A DNA stretch of 64,000 nt from Opitutales bacterium (GCA_050331815.1 JBHJGM010000007.1:44488-108487); one strand, 5' to 3'. Shown: positions 1 to 9,150, numbered from the stretch's first letter. The notes: generated by a model not told the origin, from the letters alone. Translations and numbers: made by a program.

Positions 1-2
1 AC

Positions 3-374
3 AAATCCACCGACCTGCTCGGCTCAACGCCACCCGCGGCCATATCGGCCGCCGGAAAAGTGTTGATTGCCCGCAAATCGCCCGACATGTGGCCGGAGTA
101 CGGCCTCACCGAGGAGGAAGCTAGCTATTGGGGCGCTCGCCTGAATTGGGATTACGCCCGCTTTGAAGCCGAAATGAAGCAGGTGATTGAAGACAACATC
201 GCCTGGAACCCGGGGGTGCTCAATGAAAAGGAGTATTCGTGTGCAACGGTCCTGCCGATTTCGCGCGTCCCGGAGGCAGCGTTGGGCGCGGTCATGCGCA
301 AGGAAGATTTTGACAAACGCTCCACGCAAGAATGGGCGCAGCTGCTTCAGGAGACCGCCCGCAGTCTGGCTTGA
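3..374 (+). CDS. hypothetical protein, C-terminal fragment (gene runs off the left edge)
   Basis: Frame of the listed 60..374 ORF stays open back to nt 3 (KSTDLLGSTPPAAISAAGKV then LIARK...), so the first listed Met is probably internal. No family recognised. Confidence 0.4.
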   Translation, partial: KSTDLLGSTPPAAISAAGKVLIARKSPDMWPEYGLTEEEASYWGARLNWDYARFEAEMKQVIEDNIAWNPGVLNEKEYSCATVLPISRVPEAALGAVMRKEDFDKRSTQEWAQLLQETARSLA

Positions 375-505
375 TTCCGCGCGGCGATCCCAAGGACCCC
401 ATCGAGACTGGCTCGTTGCAAGGGCTCATTCGCTTTGACACGGCACCCGCGCAATCGCTTTGCGAATGCTGATGAGGGGGAACGTGATGAACTGAAGGCG
501 GTTGC

Positions 506-1747
506 TCAGTTCACCTCAAGCAGCTGTTTGCAGCCGATGTAAACACCGGCGGACCAGCCGATCATCGGGGCTGCTTCGTATTCGCCGCCGGCAACCTCGC
601 CGGTCTCGGCATCGGTTTTTTCCCAGAGTTGCCCGGTCTTTTCGAAAAGTTGGTCGGTCGTACGGATGTATTTCTCAGCGAGGCGCTTCGCCTCTGGCGC
701 ATATCCATAACGGCACAGCCCGCGAATCAGCATCCACACCATCGGTGGCCACACGTTCGGATAGGCCCACTGATAATCCCGCGCGCCTGGCACATCGGGC
801 GTATAGGCCATGCCGAACTCCCGTTCAAATTTGGGCATGTTTTCAACCATCCGCGCCGCTTGCGCTTCGGTTGCCACCCCGCAAAACAGAGTTTGATAAC
901 CGGTCTGCGCAGGCACAGCGGAGTGCCGCTCATTCACGTAATCATAGTCGTAAAACAGGCCCTCCGCGTCATTCCAAAAGTAACGCTGCATTCGCTCCGC
1001 GCGTGCTTCCTGGCGTGTCTTCCAAAGCGCAATATCTCCCCATCCAAGCTGTTCGGAATAACCCATCAAGACGGTCTCGTACTCATAGAGCAAGGCGTTG
1101 AGGTCGACTTGGCAGAAGTCCAAACAGCGGTAATCGAAGCGGTTGCTGAAGTCGCAAGTGCCTTCAGCGTTGGCCATGAAGTGACCTCCGATCCTGACCT
1201 TATCTTCAAACGAAGAGGATTTGCTCAGAAACGGCAGCCGCCTGGCAATACTGTCATGGAATTGAGCCAGGCCCTCTGCGGTTTCATGGTGCCCGTAGTG
1301 CGACAAACCGATCGGCGTGTGCCGCGCGGTCACCCAAAAGTTGTATTCTTGGCGCAGTGCTTCAGCGCATTCGCGGAACAGCCCAGGGTCCGTATCCGTT
1401 CCGCCAATGGCTTCAAAGTATTCAGTGACCATGCGGCAGAAGTAGGGCGACTGTGAGCGGTTGTGCAGTGCTGTGTGGTTCGGCATATAGCCCTGGCGGC
1501 GTATCAGCCACGCCATGTTACAAATATTATTTTTGGCCATTTCCGAATAACCATCGATCAAAAGACCCACATTCGTGAAATAGGTGTCCCAGTAGAAGAA
1601 GAACGAGAAGTGACCTTCTCCCTGAATGCAGGGCGAGGTATACGGAAAAGGCAGGTCGTCACCCTTGAAGCCCGAGCCATCTTTATCTTCGTAAAAGGAG
1701 CGGCCCCAGTTCGCCGTAATGTATTCGGTAACAGTCATTCGGGTCAT
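506..1747 (-). CDS. trehalase-family glycoside hydrolase (GH37-like), cytoplasmic short form
   Basis: 413-aa ORF. FFFYWDTYF and QWAYPNVWPP resemble the two GH37 trehalase signature motifs. No signal peptide visible. Confidence 0.65.
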   Translation of the reverse strand: MTRMTVTEYITANWGRSFYEDKDGSGFKGDDLPFPYTSPCIQGEGHFSFFFYWDTYFTNVGLLIDGYSEMAKNNICNMAWLIRRQGYMPNHTALHNRSQSPYFCRMVTEYFEAIGGTDTDPGLFRECAEALRQEYNFWVTARHTPIGLSHYGHHETAEGLAQFHDSIARRLPFLSKSSSFEDKVRIGGHFMANAEGTCDFSNRFDYRCLDFCQVDLNALLYEYETVLMGYSEQLGWGDIALWKTRQEARAERMQRYFWNDAEGLFYDYDYVNERHSAVPAQTGYQTLFCGVATEAQAARMVENMPKFEREFGMAYTPDVPGARDYQWAYPNVWPPMVWMLIRGLCRYGYAPEAKRLAEKYIRTTDQLFEKTGQLWEKTDAETGEVAGGEYEAAPMIGWSAGVYIGCKQLLEVN

Positions 1748-1893
1748 GAAAAATGGATTTCTTAGAGTAGTGAACGCGGCAAGACACTACCCGCCGCCCC
1801 GCCAAACCCTGCAAGGCTTTTCCACTCAAACTTCCAAGAACCGGCAACTCAAAACCTCGAAGCCATCAAGGCCTTGATCAAATCAGACGCGAT

Positions 1894-1969
1894 TGGCAGG
1901 GAAGGAGGGACTTGAACCCTCGACCTTCGGTTTAGAAGACCGCTGCTCTATCCGCTGAGCTACTTCCCC
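1894..1969 (-). tRNA. tRNA-Arg (anticodon UCU)
   Basis: 76-nt cloverleaf read on the minus strand. Acceptor GGGGAAG/CTTCCCT, D arm GCTC-AGCGGATA-GAGC, anticodon loop CTTCTAA, T arm GAGGG-TTCAAGT-CCCTC, encoded CCA. Confidence 0.9.
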
Positions 1970-2180
1970 CTCGTGGCAAAGCAACTGAATCGTCGTTGCC
2001 ATTCACCTCGCAGTATGACTCACCCGTGAGCCCTCGCAAGCCATACCGCCCGCCGCCGCTGCTTCCCAGATCAGGGGTCTGCGGGCCATCGATTCCCGTG
2101 CTGAGGCATCACAGGTATTTCCTTTCACACAGGCTTCAGCCTTGTGGTTGTGTGGTTAGGCGAAAGCTTACTGAGCACAT

Positions 2181-2204
2181 TTTAACCTGCATATGCAGGT
2201 TAAA
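2181..2204. promoter_or_regulatory. perfect 24-bp palindrome TTTAACCTGCAT|ATGCAGGTTAAA (operator or hairpin)
   Basis: Read directly. It lies between the aminotransferase stop (2263) and the tRNA-Arg 5' end (1969), both on the minus strand. Confidence 0.5.
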
Positions 2205-2262
2205 TCGTCGGCCTTCTTTAGAACATTCAAAGCATTTTGGTGCCACTACTTCTAGAGTCAGT

Positions 2263-3576
2263 TCAGCGCGCTGAAAACCGTGCGGCAACTGCGCAAAATC
2301 TTTGCGCGGCTTCCTCGATGCGGTTCGCTTCAATCGCTCCGAACGACAGCCGCACACAGTTGTCCGGTTGCCCGTCAGCGAAGCAGAGCGAACCAGGCAC
2401 ATACATGACACCGGCTTCCAGACAGGCCGCGCAAAAATCTGAGTCGGGACCGGTGGCCAGGCCGCTTGGCCCTTCCAGCCAAAGCAGCAGCCCGCCCTTG
2501 GGAGCATGCCAGCGCCAACCCAATTCGAGCAAGCCGCCTGCTTTCAACGCATTCATAAGCCGCTGCGCTTTAGCCGCATAGCGCGGACGTGTCGACTCCA
2601 GCAAGGACGTATAACGATCGTTTTCGAGCAGGTGTTCAACGATCGCCTGATTGGCGTTGGCAGTGCCAAAATCCTGATGGCCCTTCGTATTGCACAGCTT
2701 TTGGAGCCATTCCGCGTCGCTGCTCACCGCAAAGCCCACCTTCAGACCGGTCGCCAATGGCTTTGTGAAGGTGCCCAGATACAAACGCGGAAACGCCTCC
2801 CAGGGTTCCAGGCTCAGTACGCTGGGTATGGGGTACGGCGTCTCAAAATACAAATCGCGGTAAGCCCCATCCTCCAGCACAGGCAGGGATAACTCCATGT
2901 CGGCCAGCAGGCGCGCCAGCTCCAGCTTGGAGTCCAGCGTGAGGCAGCTTCCGGTTGGGTTGGCGAAATAACCCTGTAGATACAGTCCTTTGATTCTTTT
3001 TGTTTCGCCATCTGCTTTCAGTCGATGCAGCAGGTCTTGGTTGCGTTGCGGATCGATGGAGCCGTCGGGTGTCGCCGGCAACGAAATCGCCCGCACGCCG
3101 AGCCCAGATATCAGCTCAAGAAAGACGAAGTAGCTCGGGCTCTCGACCAGGAAAATATCGCCGGGATCGCACAGAGTTTGCACCGCCAGGTACAGCGCCT
3201 GTTGCGAGCCGTTGGCGATCAACACATCGTCGGCGGTTCGTTCGGCGAGTGTTTCACCGGGCTGTTGACGCAGCCATTTAAGCGCTGCTGTGCGCAGGCC
3301 AGGACGCCCCGCGCAGGTGCCATACTGTAACCATTCCGTGGATACGCTTGTCTGCGCGAGTGCCTGCACCGCTTCCGCGATCAGGTTCACCGGCAGGAGC
3401 GCGTTGTCGGTAAAGCCGGCCGCCAGGGACAGCAAATCCGGATTGGTCAGGGCGCGCTGCATCAAGTCCGAAATCACCGGCGGGCGCGAAGCCGCGGCCA
3501 GCCGCGAGTAACGCACCTGTGCCTGCAACGCGGAGTTTTCCACGGTCTCGGACATCCCGGCAAACTGCCCGACCAC
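2263..3576 (-). CDS. PLP-dependent aminotransferase, class I/II fold
   Basis: 437-aa ORF with fold-type I aminotransferase pattern and a candidate PLP lysine in TFTKPLATGLKVGF. Alternative start MSETVENS at 3555. Only a 2-nt gap separates it from the upstream gntK stop. Confidence 0.75.
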   Translation of the reverse strand: MVGQFAGMSETVENSALQAQVRYSRLAAASRPPVISDLMQRALTNPDLLSLAAGFTDNALLPVNLIAEAVQALAQTSVSTEWLQYGTCAGRPGLRTAALKWLRQQPGETLAERTADDVLIANGSQQALYLAVQTLCDPGDIFLVESPSYFVFLELISGLGVRAISLPATPDGSIDPQRNQDLLHRLKADGETKRIKGLYLQGYFANPTGSCLTLDSKLELARLLADMELSLPVLEDGAYRDLYFETPYPIPSVLSLEPWEAFPRLYLGTFTKPLATGLKVGFAVSSDAEWLQKLCNTKGHQDFGTANANQAIVEHLLENDRYTSLLESTRPRYAAKAQRLMNALKAGGLLELGWRWHAPKGGLLLWLEGPSGLATGPDSDFCAACLEAGVMYVPGSLCFADGQPDNCVRLSFGAIEANRIEEAAQRFCAVAARFSAR

Positions 3577-3578
3577 AC

Positions 3579-4115
3579 TTATTCAAGCAACGGCAAAGCC
3601 AGCGCCTGCAGAACCGACTGGAGCACCGCTGTCTCGTCCAGACCTTCGATCGGCACTGTATGCACATTCGACTCCGCGGCGGTCGGTTCCTCGAGCGTGG
3701 CAAACTGGCTGGCCAATAATTCGGGAGGAAAAAAATGTCCCTCCCGCGCCTCCAACCGACGCGCGATCGCCGCGTGCGTTGCCTTCAGATAGACAAAGCA
3801 ACCAGGCTCCCCGGGCTGGAGCAACTGCGCGCGGTACGACCGCCGCAAGGCTGAACTGGCCAGGATCAACTGCGCACTCGCTTTGGCCGTCGTCTGGGCA
3901 AAGCGTTCCTCCGCGCGTTCTCGCAAGGCCGCCAGCCAGCCCGCGCGGTCGGCATCCGTCAGCGGCTCGCCCCGGCGCATCTTTGCCACGTTGGCCGGTG
4001 GGTGAAACCCGTCGCCGTCTTCAAAGGTGCCGCCGGTGGCCCGCGCCAGCGCTTGACCCACGGTCGTTTTGCCGCAACCAGACACACCCATTACGATTAC
4101 GACCTGCCAGCGCAT
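3579..4115 (-). CDS. gntK: gluconokinase
   Basis: 178 aa. P-loop VMGVSGCGKTTVG followed by FEDGDGFHPPANVAKMRRGEPLTDADRAGWL, the classic GntK/IdnK pattern. Confidence 0.85.
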   Translation of the reverse strand: MRWQVVIVMGVSGCGKTTVGQALARATGGTFEDGDGFHPPANVAKMRRGEPLTDADRAGWLAALRERAEERFAQTTAKASAQLILASSALRRSYRAQLLQPGEPGCFVYLKATHAAIARRLEAREGHFFPPELLASQFATLEEPTAAESNVHTVPIEGLDETAVLQSVLQALALPLLE

Positions 4116-4169
4116 CGCGCTATCTCGCCGCCGCCCGAGTCGCCTGCCAACGAAATTCCGCGGGCCGCG

Positions 4170-5180
4170 CTACTGGGAGATAAAACGCCAGACAGGGCTC
4201 CGCCCAAATGACTTCAGGTGCACCGTGTGCTCGTGGCGCACCAGGTCATCGGGGATAGAGGGCAGATTTTTGTCCGTAAGCAGCGTACCGCCCTCGGCCA
4301 CACCGCAATAGCGCGCGGACATGTTGATCGGGCGGCCCAAATAATCATGACCAAAGTCCAGGCGGCTGGCCAGACCCAGGCTGACCCCTGCGCCCACTTC
4401 CTCCGGCGTGCCGTGGCTGAAGTGCGGGCTCTCCCGGACTTTCTGGTAGCGCCGGCTCAGCGAGACCAGACCGCGCAAACACGTTTCCACCGCGACCGAC
4501 CGATCCTGCGGAGTGGTTTCCCAGACACACAGAACACCGTCGCCGAGATACTTTGTCATCTCGGGCGGATACCGCGCAAAGCCAGCCTGCACCGTGTCGT
4601 AAAACGCGCCCATGAGCGCGCAGGTGTACGGACTCTCGATGTTGGGCTGTTCACAAAACAGCGTGAAGCCACGCATATCGATGACGCAGGACAGCACTTC
4701 ACAGGGGCGTCCAAACGTTATCTCTGCGTCGCGGATCGGTATCTCAAGCCCAAATACATCCTGCAGAATCTCCTCAAACTGGAAAAAACCCAGCTTGCTC
4801 AGCGCGCAGGAACTGATGGCCAGACCGGCGCTGATGTTACGGGCAGGGTCGTCATCGCGGTAATAAGTCAGTTCGGTGGGCTCGTCGGCCGCAATCGCCG
4901 CCGTGGTGAAAATGCCGCTGCCCTGGCCACGCGGTGGGCTCGCTGTCAAATGCGCCTTGTAGCAGTCGGCGGCCTCATTGCCCTCGTGCTGCAAAAAGCC
5001 TAGGATTTCGCCGACGTTGCCCTCGTTTTCCAGCACGGGCTGACCGCCGCGCAGGAGCGAGTACGTCACCTGATCGTGCGAGGGGCTGACGCGCTGAAAA
5101 TGTCCGCACAGATCCCAGAATTCGCGGAATCCCAGACCGGTGATCGGATAGCTGCGGCGTTCGGAGGCGAAGGCAATCAT
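4170..5180 (-). CDS. class III adenylate/guanylate (nucleotidyl) cyclase domain protein with unrecognised N-terminal domain
   Basis: 336 aa. The C-terminal half has IDMRGFT (first metal Asp), KYLGDGVLCVW (second Asp) and GRPINMSARYCG (Asn/Arg transition-state pair). The N-terminal ~150 aa has no motif I recognise. Confidence 0.7.
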   Translation of the reverse strand: MIAFASERRSYPITGLGFREFWDLCGHFQRVSPSHDQVTYSLLRGGQPVLENEGNVGEILGFLQHEGNEAADCYKAHLTASPPRGQGSGIFTTAAIAADEPTELTYYRDDDPARNISAGLAISSCALSKLGFFQFEEILQDVFGLEIPIRDAEITFGRPCEVLSCVIDMRGFTLFCEQPNIESPYTCALMGAFYDTVQAGFARYPPEMTKYLGDGVLCVWETTPQDRSVAVETCLRGLVSLSRRYQKVRESPHFSHGTPEEVGAGVSLGLASRLDFGHDYLGRPINMSARYCGVAEGGTLLTDKNLPSIPDDLVRHEHTVHLKSFGRSPVWRFISQ

Positions 5181-5181
5181 G

Positions 5182-5213
5182 GAGCAGGCGCACGAAAACT
5201 TTCGTGACTGCTC
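5182..5213 (-). promoter_or_regulatory. 5' leader hairpin abutting the cyclase start codon
   Basis: mRNA sense reads GAGCAG-U-CACGAAA-GU-UUUCGUG-CGC-CUGCUC-C-AUG. The core is the 16-bp palindrome CACGAAAACTTTCGTG (5191..5206). No purine-rich Shine-Dalgarno sequence is visible upstream of the AUG. Confidence 0.45.
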
Positions 5214-5277
5214 AGCAAATCGACTGTTTGAGAGCGGATTTTACTCGCCGGACCGATTCTTCCCATTCTCGGGACAT

Positions 5278-5302
5278 AAAAAACCCGGCTGCATCCGCCG
5301 GG
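5278..5302 (-). terminator. rho-independent terminator downstream of rpmB
   Basis: Minus-strand stem CCCGGC-GGAUGCA-GCCGGG followed by a run of six U. Confidence 0.7.
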
Positions 5303-5346
5303 CTGAGTTGCCCACAAACGGGCAGAATAAATGTGGGGGCGTTGGC

Positions 5347-5580
5347 CTAGCCTGCTTTTTCGACCTTGCCAGCCTTGAGCGCCTTTGCACAGACCCAGAC
5401 GCGCTTGGTCCCGCCGCCGGGCAACTTGATGCGCACGCGCTGCACGTTTGGCTTATAGGTGCGACGGTGCTTTTTGGTGATGTTCGTGCCGATGCCGCCG
5501 CTTTTCTTGGTTTGACCCTTGCGGTGGATGACGCGGCCCTTCATCGGGCGCTTGCCGGTAACGGTGCAGATGCGTGACAT
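5347..5580 (-). CDS. rpmB: 50S ribosomal protein L28
   Basis: MSRICTVTGKRPMKGRVIHRKGQTKKSGGIG... is typical L28. The listed 131-aa ORF is an upstream extension; I place the start at the ATG at 5580. Confidence 0.9.
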   Translation of the reverse strand: MSRICTVTGKRPMKGRVIHRKGQTKKSGGIGTNITKKHRRTYKPNVQRVRIKLPGGGTKRVWVCAKALKAGKVEKAG

Positions 5581-5659
5581 GGTGGCGCTTCCAGTTGGTT
5601 TTGCTATTCGGAAAAACTTAGAAAAGTGACGCGTTTGCCTCTGGCTGACAAGATTTTTC

Positions 5660-6151
5660 TCAATCCGCGCTCGCCGGAGGGCTGGCAAAACGTTCTCCAC
5701 AGGTATGCGCGTCGACTTCCAGCGGCCCGTTTGGATACCCAAACAGCTGCAATTCGCGCAGGTAAGCTTTCAGGTAAGGCTCGAGCCCGCCTAGCCATTC
5801 CATCTGCGCTACGTGCCGCAACTCGTGAGCCACCAGGCCGCGGTCGGCCTCGGCCTCACGCCCGTTCAGCCAAACCCCGTAGCCAAAGCTGATGCCGCGC
5901 GTGCCCTCCAACTTGAAACCCAGCATGCCCGCCGCCGCGACTAGGCCGGGCGTTTCGGGTTCAGGCAGCTTCGCAAATCGGTGTATGCGCACCTTTGCCG
6001 AGCGGCGAATCCCCACCTTCTCGGCGATCTCTGCTTCCGGCAACGTTAACGGGCGGCCCGCACTGAGCGCTTCGGCCTCACAGCCGCTGGCCCACTCCAA
6101 AATAGAGTCCCAGTGCGCCAGCAATGAATTGGCAACATCTTCCTCAAACAC
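5660..6151 (-). CDS. small HExxH zinc-metallopeptidase-like protein (DUF4157-like)
   Basis: 163 aa. HELRHV motif preceded by KVRIH ... GISFGYGVWL, an arrangement reminiscent of DUF4157 domains. No signal peptide. Confidence 0.45.
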   Translation of the reverse strand: MFEEDVANSLLAHWDSILEWASGCEAEALSAGRPLTLPEAEIAEKVGIRRSAKVRIHRFAKLPEPETPGLVAAAGMLGFKLEGTRGISFGYGVWLNGREAEADRGLVAHELRHVAQMEWLGGLEPYLKAYLRELQLFGYPNGPLEVDAHTCGERFASPPASAD

Positions 6152-6266
6152 AGCAAGTTAGCGCTACGAATCGAACCAACCTGAAGCAAGAAATAAGATG
6201 ATTAAACTAACATTTTAACCGAACAGCTTTTCGGTCGCCTTCTGCCCAAAACAGGAGGCAGCGTTT

Positions 6267-7295
6267 TCAGCGAAGCGCCGAGAGCACCTGAAATTTAGAC
6301 CCGAGGTGACCCGGCGAGAGCATCGCCATGAGGGCCTGCCGCTCCTTGTCGAAAGCACCCGGCTGGTGCTCGATAACCGCCCTAACGGCTTCCTGTGCAT
6401 GCTCGATGAAAAAGCGCTCCTGTCGCTGCATGCGCACGGTTGACCAGCCGTTTCTTGCCAGCACGGCTTCCAGGCGGTCCCAGCAGACGTGGCAGGTCAA
6501 ATCCTGCGCTCCCGGGTGTGCCAGCAGGTTTTTTTCAAGGGTGTGCCGGTAGTAGGCCCGCGCGGTCCCTTGAGGGCTGGTTTCCAGCAGCTCGTGCAGC
6601 GTTTTCCCGTAATCCAGGAAAATCAGCCCGGTGATCGAATTCAGGCGACATAGCCGTTCCAGCAGGTCCTCCGCGCTGAGGGAGATATCCAACCGGGTGC
6701 CCGCGCGTGGTCCCTGCGCTGGTAGACCGTGAACGAAGGCCTGGGCATTCTCCGAAACCTGCGGCAGCCGCACCGTCTCCAGCGTGCCGTTATCCTGAAG
6801 GCGCACGCCCAGTTCGTACCAGCGTTCATCGGCAAACTCGAAGCGCCGGAAGGGCTGCGCATCGAGCACCTCGTTGGCGAAAACAAAGGCAGGCGCGTTC
6901 AGTGTTGGCGGCGGCCAGGATGTTCCCAGATTCCAACTTTCAAAGCTATTAAAACGCTCCCACGCGGTTGTCTCGACGGGCTGCTCGGCTTCGGCACCCA
7001 GTTCCACGACCCGCAAATCCGTGGTTTTTGCCAGATGCTCAACGGCGGAGGCTATCAGCCGGTGGAAGACCGGTCCCAGACTGGCTGCCGTATAAAAATC
7101 CGTGCCCCGGGCGTGCCCGACCCGCTTGCGCTGCGCCGTGTAATAACCCAGCTGCGGATGAAACAAGCAGGTCTGCGTGAAGGTCTCCCAGTCAACGACT
7201 CCCGAATTTCCGGCCAACTGGCGCAACACGTTGACGATCGCGGGGGATTGCATTCTGTGAGAAGTAGTTATCTGCAGGCTGCCTGCAAGGCCCAC
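6267..7295 (-). CDS. SAM-dependent methyltransferase, DUF185/MidA (NDUFAF7-like) family
   Basis: 342 aa. FHPQLGYYTA, GTDFYTAASLGPVF and VVELGAE motifs. A later start MQSPAIV at 7253 is possible. Confidence 0.7.
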   Translation of the reverse strand: MGLAGSLQITTSHRMQSPAIVNVLRQLAGNSGVVDWETFTQTCLFHPQLGYYTAQRKRVGHARGTDFYTAASLGPVFHRLIASAVEHLAKTTDLRVVELGAEAEQPVETTAWERFNSFESWNLGTSWPPPTLNAPAFVFANEVLDAQPFRRFEFADERWYELGVRLQDNGTLETVRLPQVSENAQAFVHGLPAQGPRAGTRLDISLSAEDLLERLCRLNSITGLIFLDYGKTLHELLETSPQGTARAYYRHTLEKNLLAHPGAQDLTCHVCWDRLEAVLARNGWSTVRMQRQERFFIEHAQEAVRAVIEHQPGAFDKERQALMAMLSPGHLGSKFQVLSALR

Positions 7296-7311
7296 CTAAA
7301 CACTTGAGCCG

Positions 7312-8595
7312 ATGCCCGAAACTGAGAAGCCCACCGTGGCCAGACGTCGCCGTCGCCTGCAACTGTACGTGCTTTTTGGGCTGCTAGGAGGTCTGGCCGG
7401 CACGCTCGCCTACCAGATTTGGGTGTCTGGCCCGGCTTGGCAGGAGTTGTTCCGCATGTGGCGGGTCATGGCCATCGTCAACAAAGCCTACGTCGACGAG
7501 CAGCCCAGCGCTTATCCGGAAATGTCGGAGCGCGCCATGCGTGAGATGATAAACGGCCTGGACCGCCACTCACGCTGGCTAAGCGAAGAGCAGGCCAAGG
7601 ACTTTGAGCAGGGCATCCGCCAGCAATATTCCGGTATCGGAGTCAGCATCCGCCCTGTCGAACTCGGGTTGGAGATCAACGAGGTCTTCCCGAAGAGTCC
7701 GGCCGAAAAAGCCGGCTTGCTGCCGTTCGACGTGATCACCGCCGCTGAAGGCACTGACCTGGCGGGCCTCTCCTCTAGCGAGGCGGTTTCCATTATCAAA
7801 GGTCCTACCGACAGCCCGGTAGAAATCCGAATCCAGCGCCGGGGCCAGGCGGAGTCGTTCGCGGTGACCGTCATTCGCGGCGCGATTCCGATCGAAAACG
7901 TCCGCAACGTGCGCATGGAACGCCCGGGTATCGGCGTCATTGAAATCAACGAATTTGGTGAGAAGACCGCCGAAAATTTCGGACGGGCGCTGGACCGCCT
8001 GGAAGGTGAGGGTATGCGTGGGCTAGTGCTGGATTTACGTAACAACCCCGGCGGCAGCCTCCTCAGTGCCATCGACGTGACGTCTTTTTTCCTGGATGTG
8101 GATGAGGTGGTTGTCAGTACGCGCGGACGTGCTCGCGAAACTCAGGAAGTCTTTGTCTCCCAGACGCCCCGACGCGAAAAAGAATATCCCATCGTGGTGC
8201 TGATCGACGGGGGCAGCGCCAGCGCTTCCGAAATTGTGGCCGGTGCGCTGCAGGAACAGATCAGCGCCTTGGTCGTTGGCGAGCGCTCGGTCGGCAAAGG
8301 TTCGGTGCAGAGTTACATCCCGCTGCCGGACGGGGACGCCATCAAGCTGACGACCGCCAAATGGTACCTCCCCAGTGGCAAAGCGGTTGAAGACAACGGT
8401 GTGGAGCCAGATGTCGAAGTCATCCTGACCAATCGGGAACGCATGCGGCTGTTTTTGCAGAAACGCCATGACGCGAAAAGCATCCTCTCCGATGAGGAAT
8501 TTCTGGAGCGCTTCGGCTTCGAGCGTCTCGAAGACAGCCAGCTCAAAACCGCCTTGGATATTCTGACCGCCTCGGTTTTCGCGGGCGCGAACTAA
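7312..8595 (+). CDS. S41-family C-terminal processing peptidase
   Basis: 427 aa. N-terminal membrane anchor, PDZ-like PKSPAEKAGLLPFDVI, and catalytic region LDLRNNPGGS / GGSASASEIVAGAL / GERSVGKGSVQ. Confidence 0.85.
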   Translation: MPETEKPTVARRRRRLQLYVLFGLLGGLAGTLAYQIWVSGPAWQELFRMWRVMAIVNKAYVDEQPSAYPEMSERAMREMINGLDRHSRWLSEEQAKDFEQGIRQQYSGIGVSIRPVELGLEINEVFPKSPAEKAGLLPFDVITAAEGTDLAGLSSSEAVSIIKGPTDSPVEIRIQRRGQAESFAVTVIRGAIPIENVRNVRMERPGIGVIEINEFGEKTAENFGRALDRLEGEGMRGLVLDLRNNPGGSLLSAIDVTSFFLDVDEVVVSTRGRARETQEVFVSQTPRREKEYPIVVLIDGGSASASEIVAGALQEQISALVVGERSVGKGSVQSYIPLPDGDAIKLTTAKWYLPSGKAVEDNGVEPDVEVILTNRERMRLFLQKRHDAKSILSDEEFLERFGFERLEDSQLKTALDILTASVFAGAN

Positions 8596-8603
8596 AGCAT
8601 TCG

Positions 8604-9029
8604 CTAGGCCGCGTCGGAGCGGTAGCGGAAGGTGAGTACCAGTGGCTCCGTCGTGTCCTGGAGAGCTTGAGCGGTGTGGTCCATCATGCGGCGGCAGAAG
8701 CTTTCCAAGTCGTGGTCTTCCGCTTCCAATTGTATCGCGAAGCGACGCACCACCTGGTCGGTCACGTCCGAGGCGACGATTTCCACCCGGCGTTCGACCG
8801 TTTGCTTCAGCACGCCTGCTTCAGAGGAAGTGTCCGGAAGCTTGCCCAGGATTTTGAAAAAGCACTTCATGCAGGGGCCCGCGCCTTCGGGATTCTCCAG
8901 CGCCTGGTACAGGTCCAGCGTCGCGTCCATGACCGAGCGATGCCGTTGCGCGATACGCCCGAGGGTTTCCTTCAATTCCGGACCGATTACTGGGGTTGTC
9001 CGCGCCCTGTCTGTACCTTCGTCACTCAT
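8604..9029 (-). CDS. hypothetical protein
   Basis: 141-aa ORF with protein-like composition, convergent with the peptidase gene. No family recognised. Confidence 0.45.
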   Translation of the reverse strand: MSDEGTDRARTTPVIGPELKETLGRIAQRHRSVMDATLDLYQALENPEGAGPCMKCFFKILGKLPDTSSEAGVLKQTVERRVEIVASDVTDQVVRRFAIQLEAEDHDLESFCRRMMDHTAQALQDTTEPLVLTFRYRSDAA

Positions 9030-9088
9030 TCCAAACGCAGCTTGCTAAGACTGAGTATCGTTTGCAAGTGCCAGTTCTCAAGTCCGCG

Positions 9089-9121
9089 AAAAAAAACCGG
9101 CCCATCGTTTCGATGGACCGG
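9089..9121 (-). terminator. rho-independent terminator of the small Cys-protein gene
   Basis: Minus-strand stem CCGGTCCATCG-AAA-CGATGGGCCGG followed by eight U. Confidence 0.8.
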
Positions 9122-9150
9122 CTGAAAGAAACTGTCTGGGTAGTTGTGCG

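Noticed and set aside
4170-5180. Cyclase as part of a Pycsar/CBASS-type anti-phage system
   Set aside because: No effector gene (cNMP-binding, TIR, TM, patatin or endonuclease) is adjacent. The neighbours are gntK and rpmB in a housekeeping context.
5581-5742. N-terminal 54-codon extension of the rpmB ORF
   Set aside because: L28 homology starts exactly at MSRICTVTGKRP, and the extension has no L28 counterpart.
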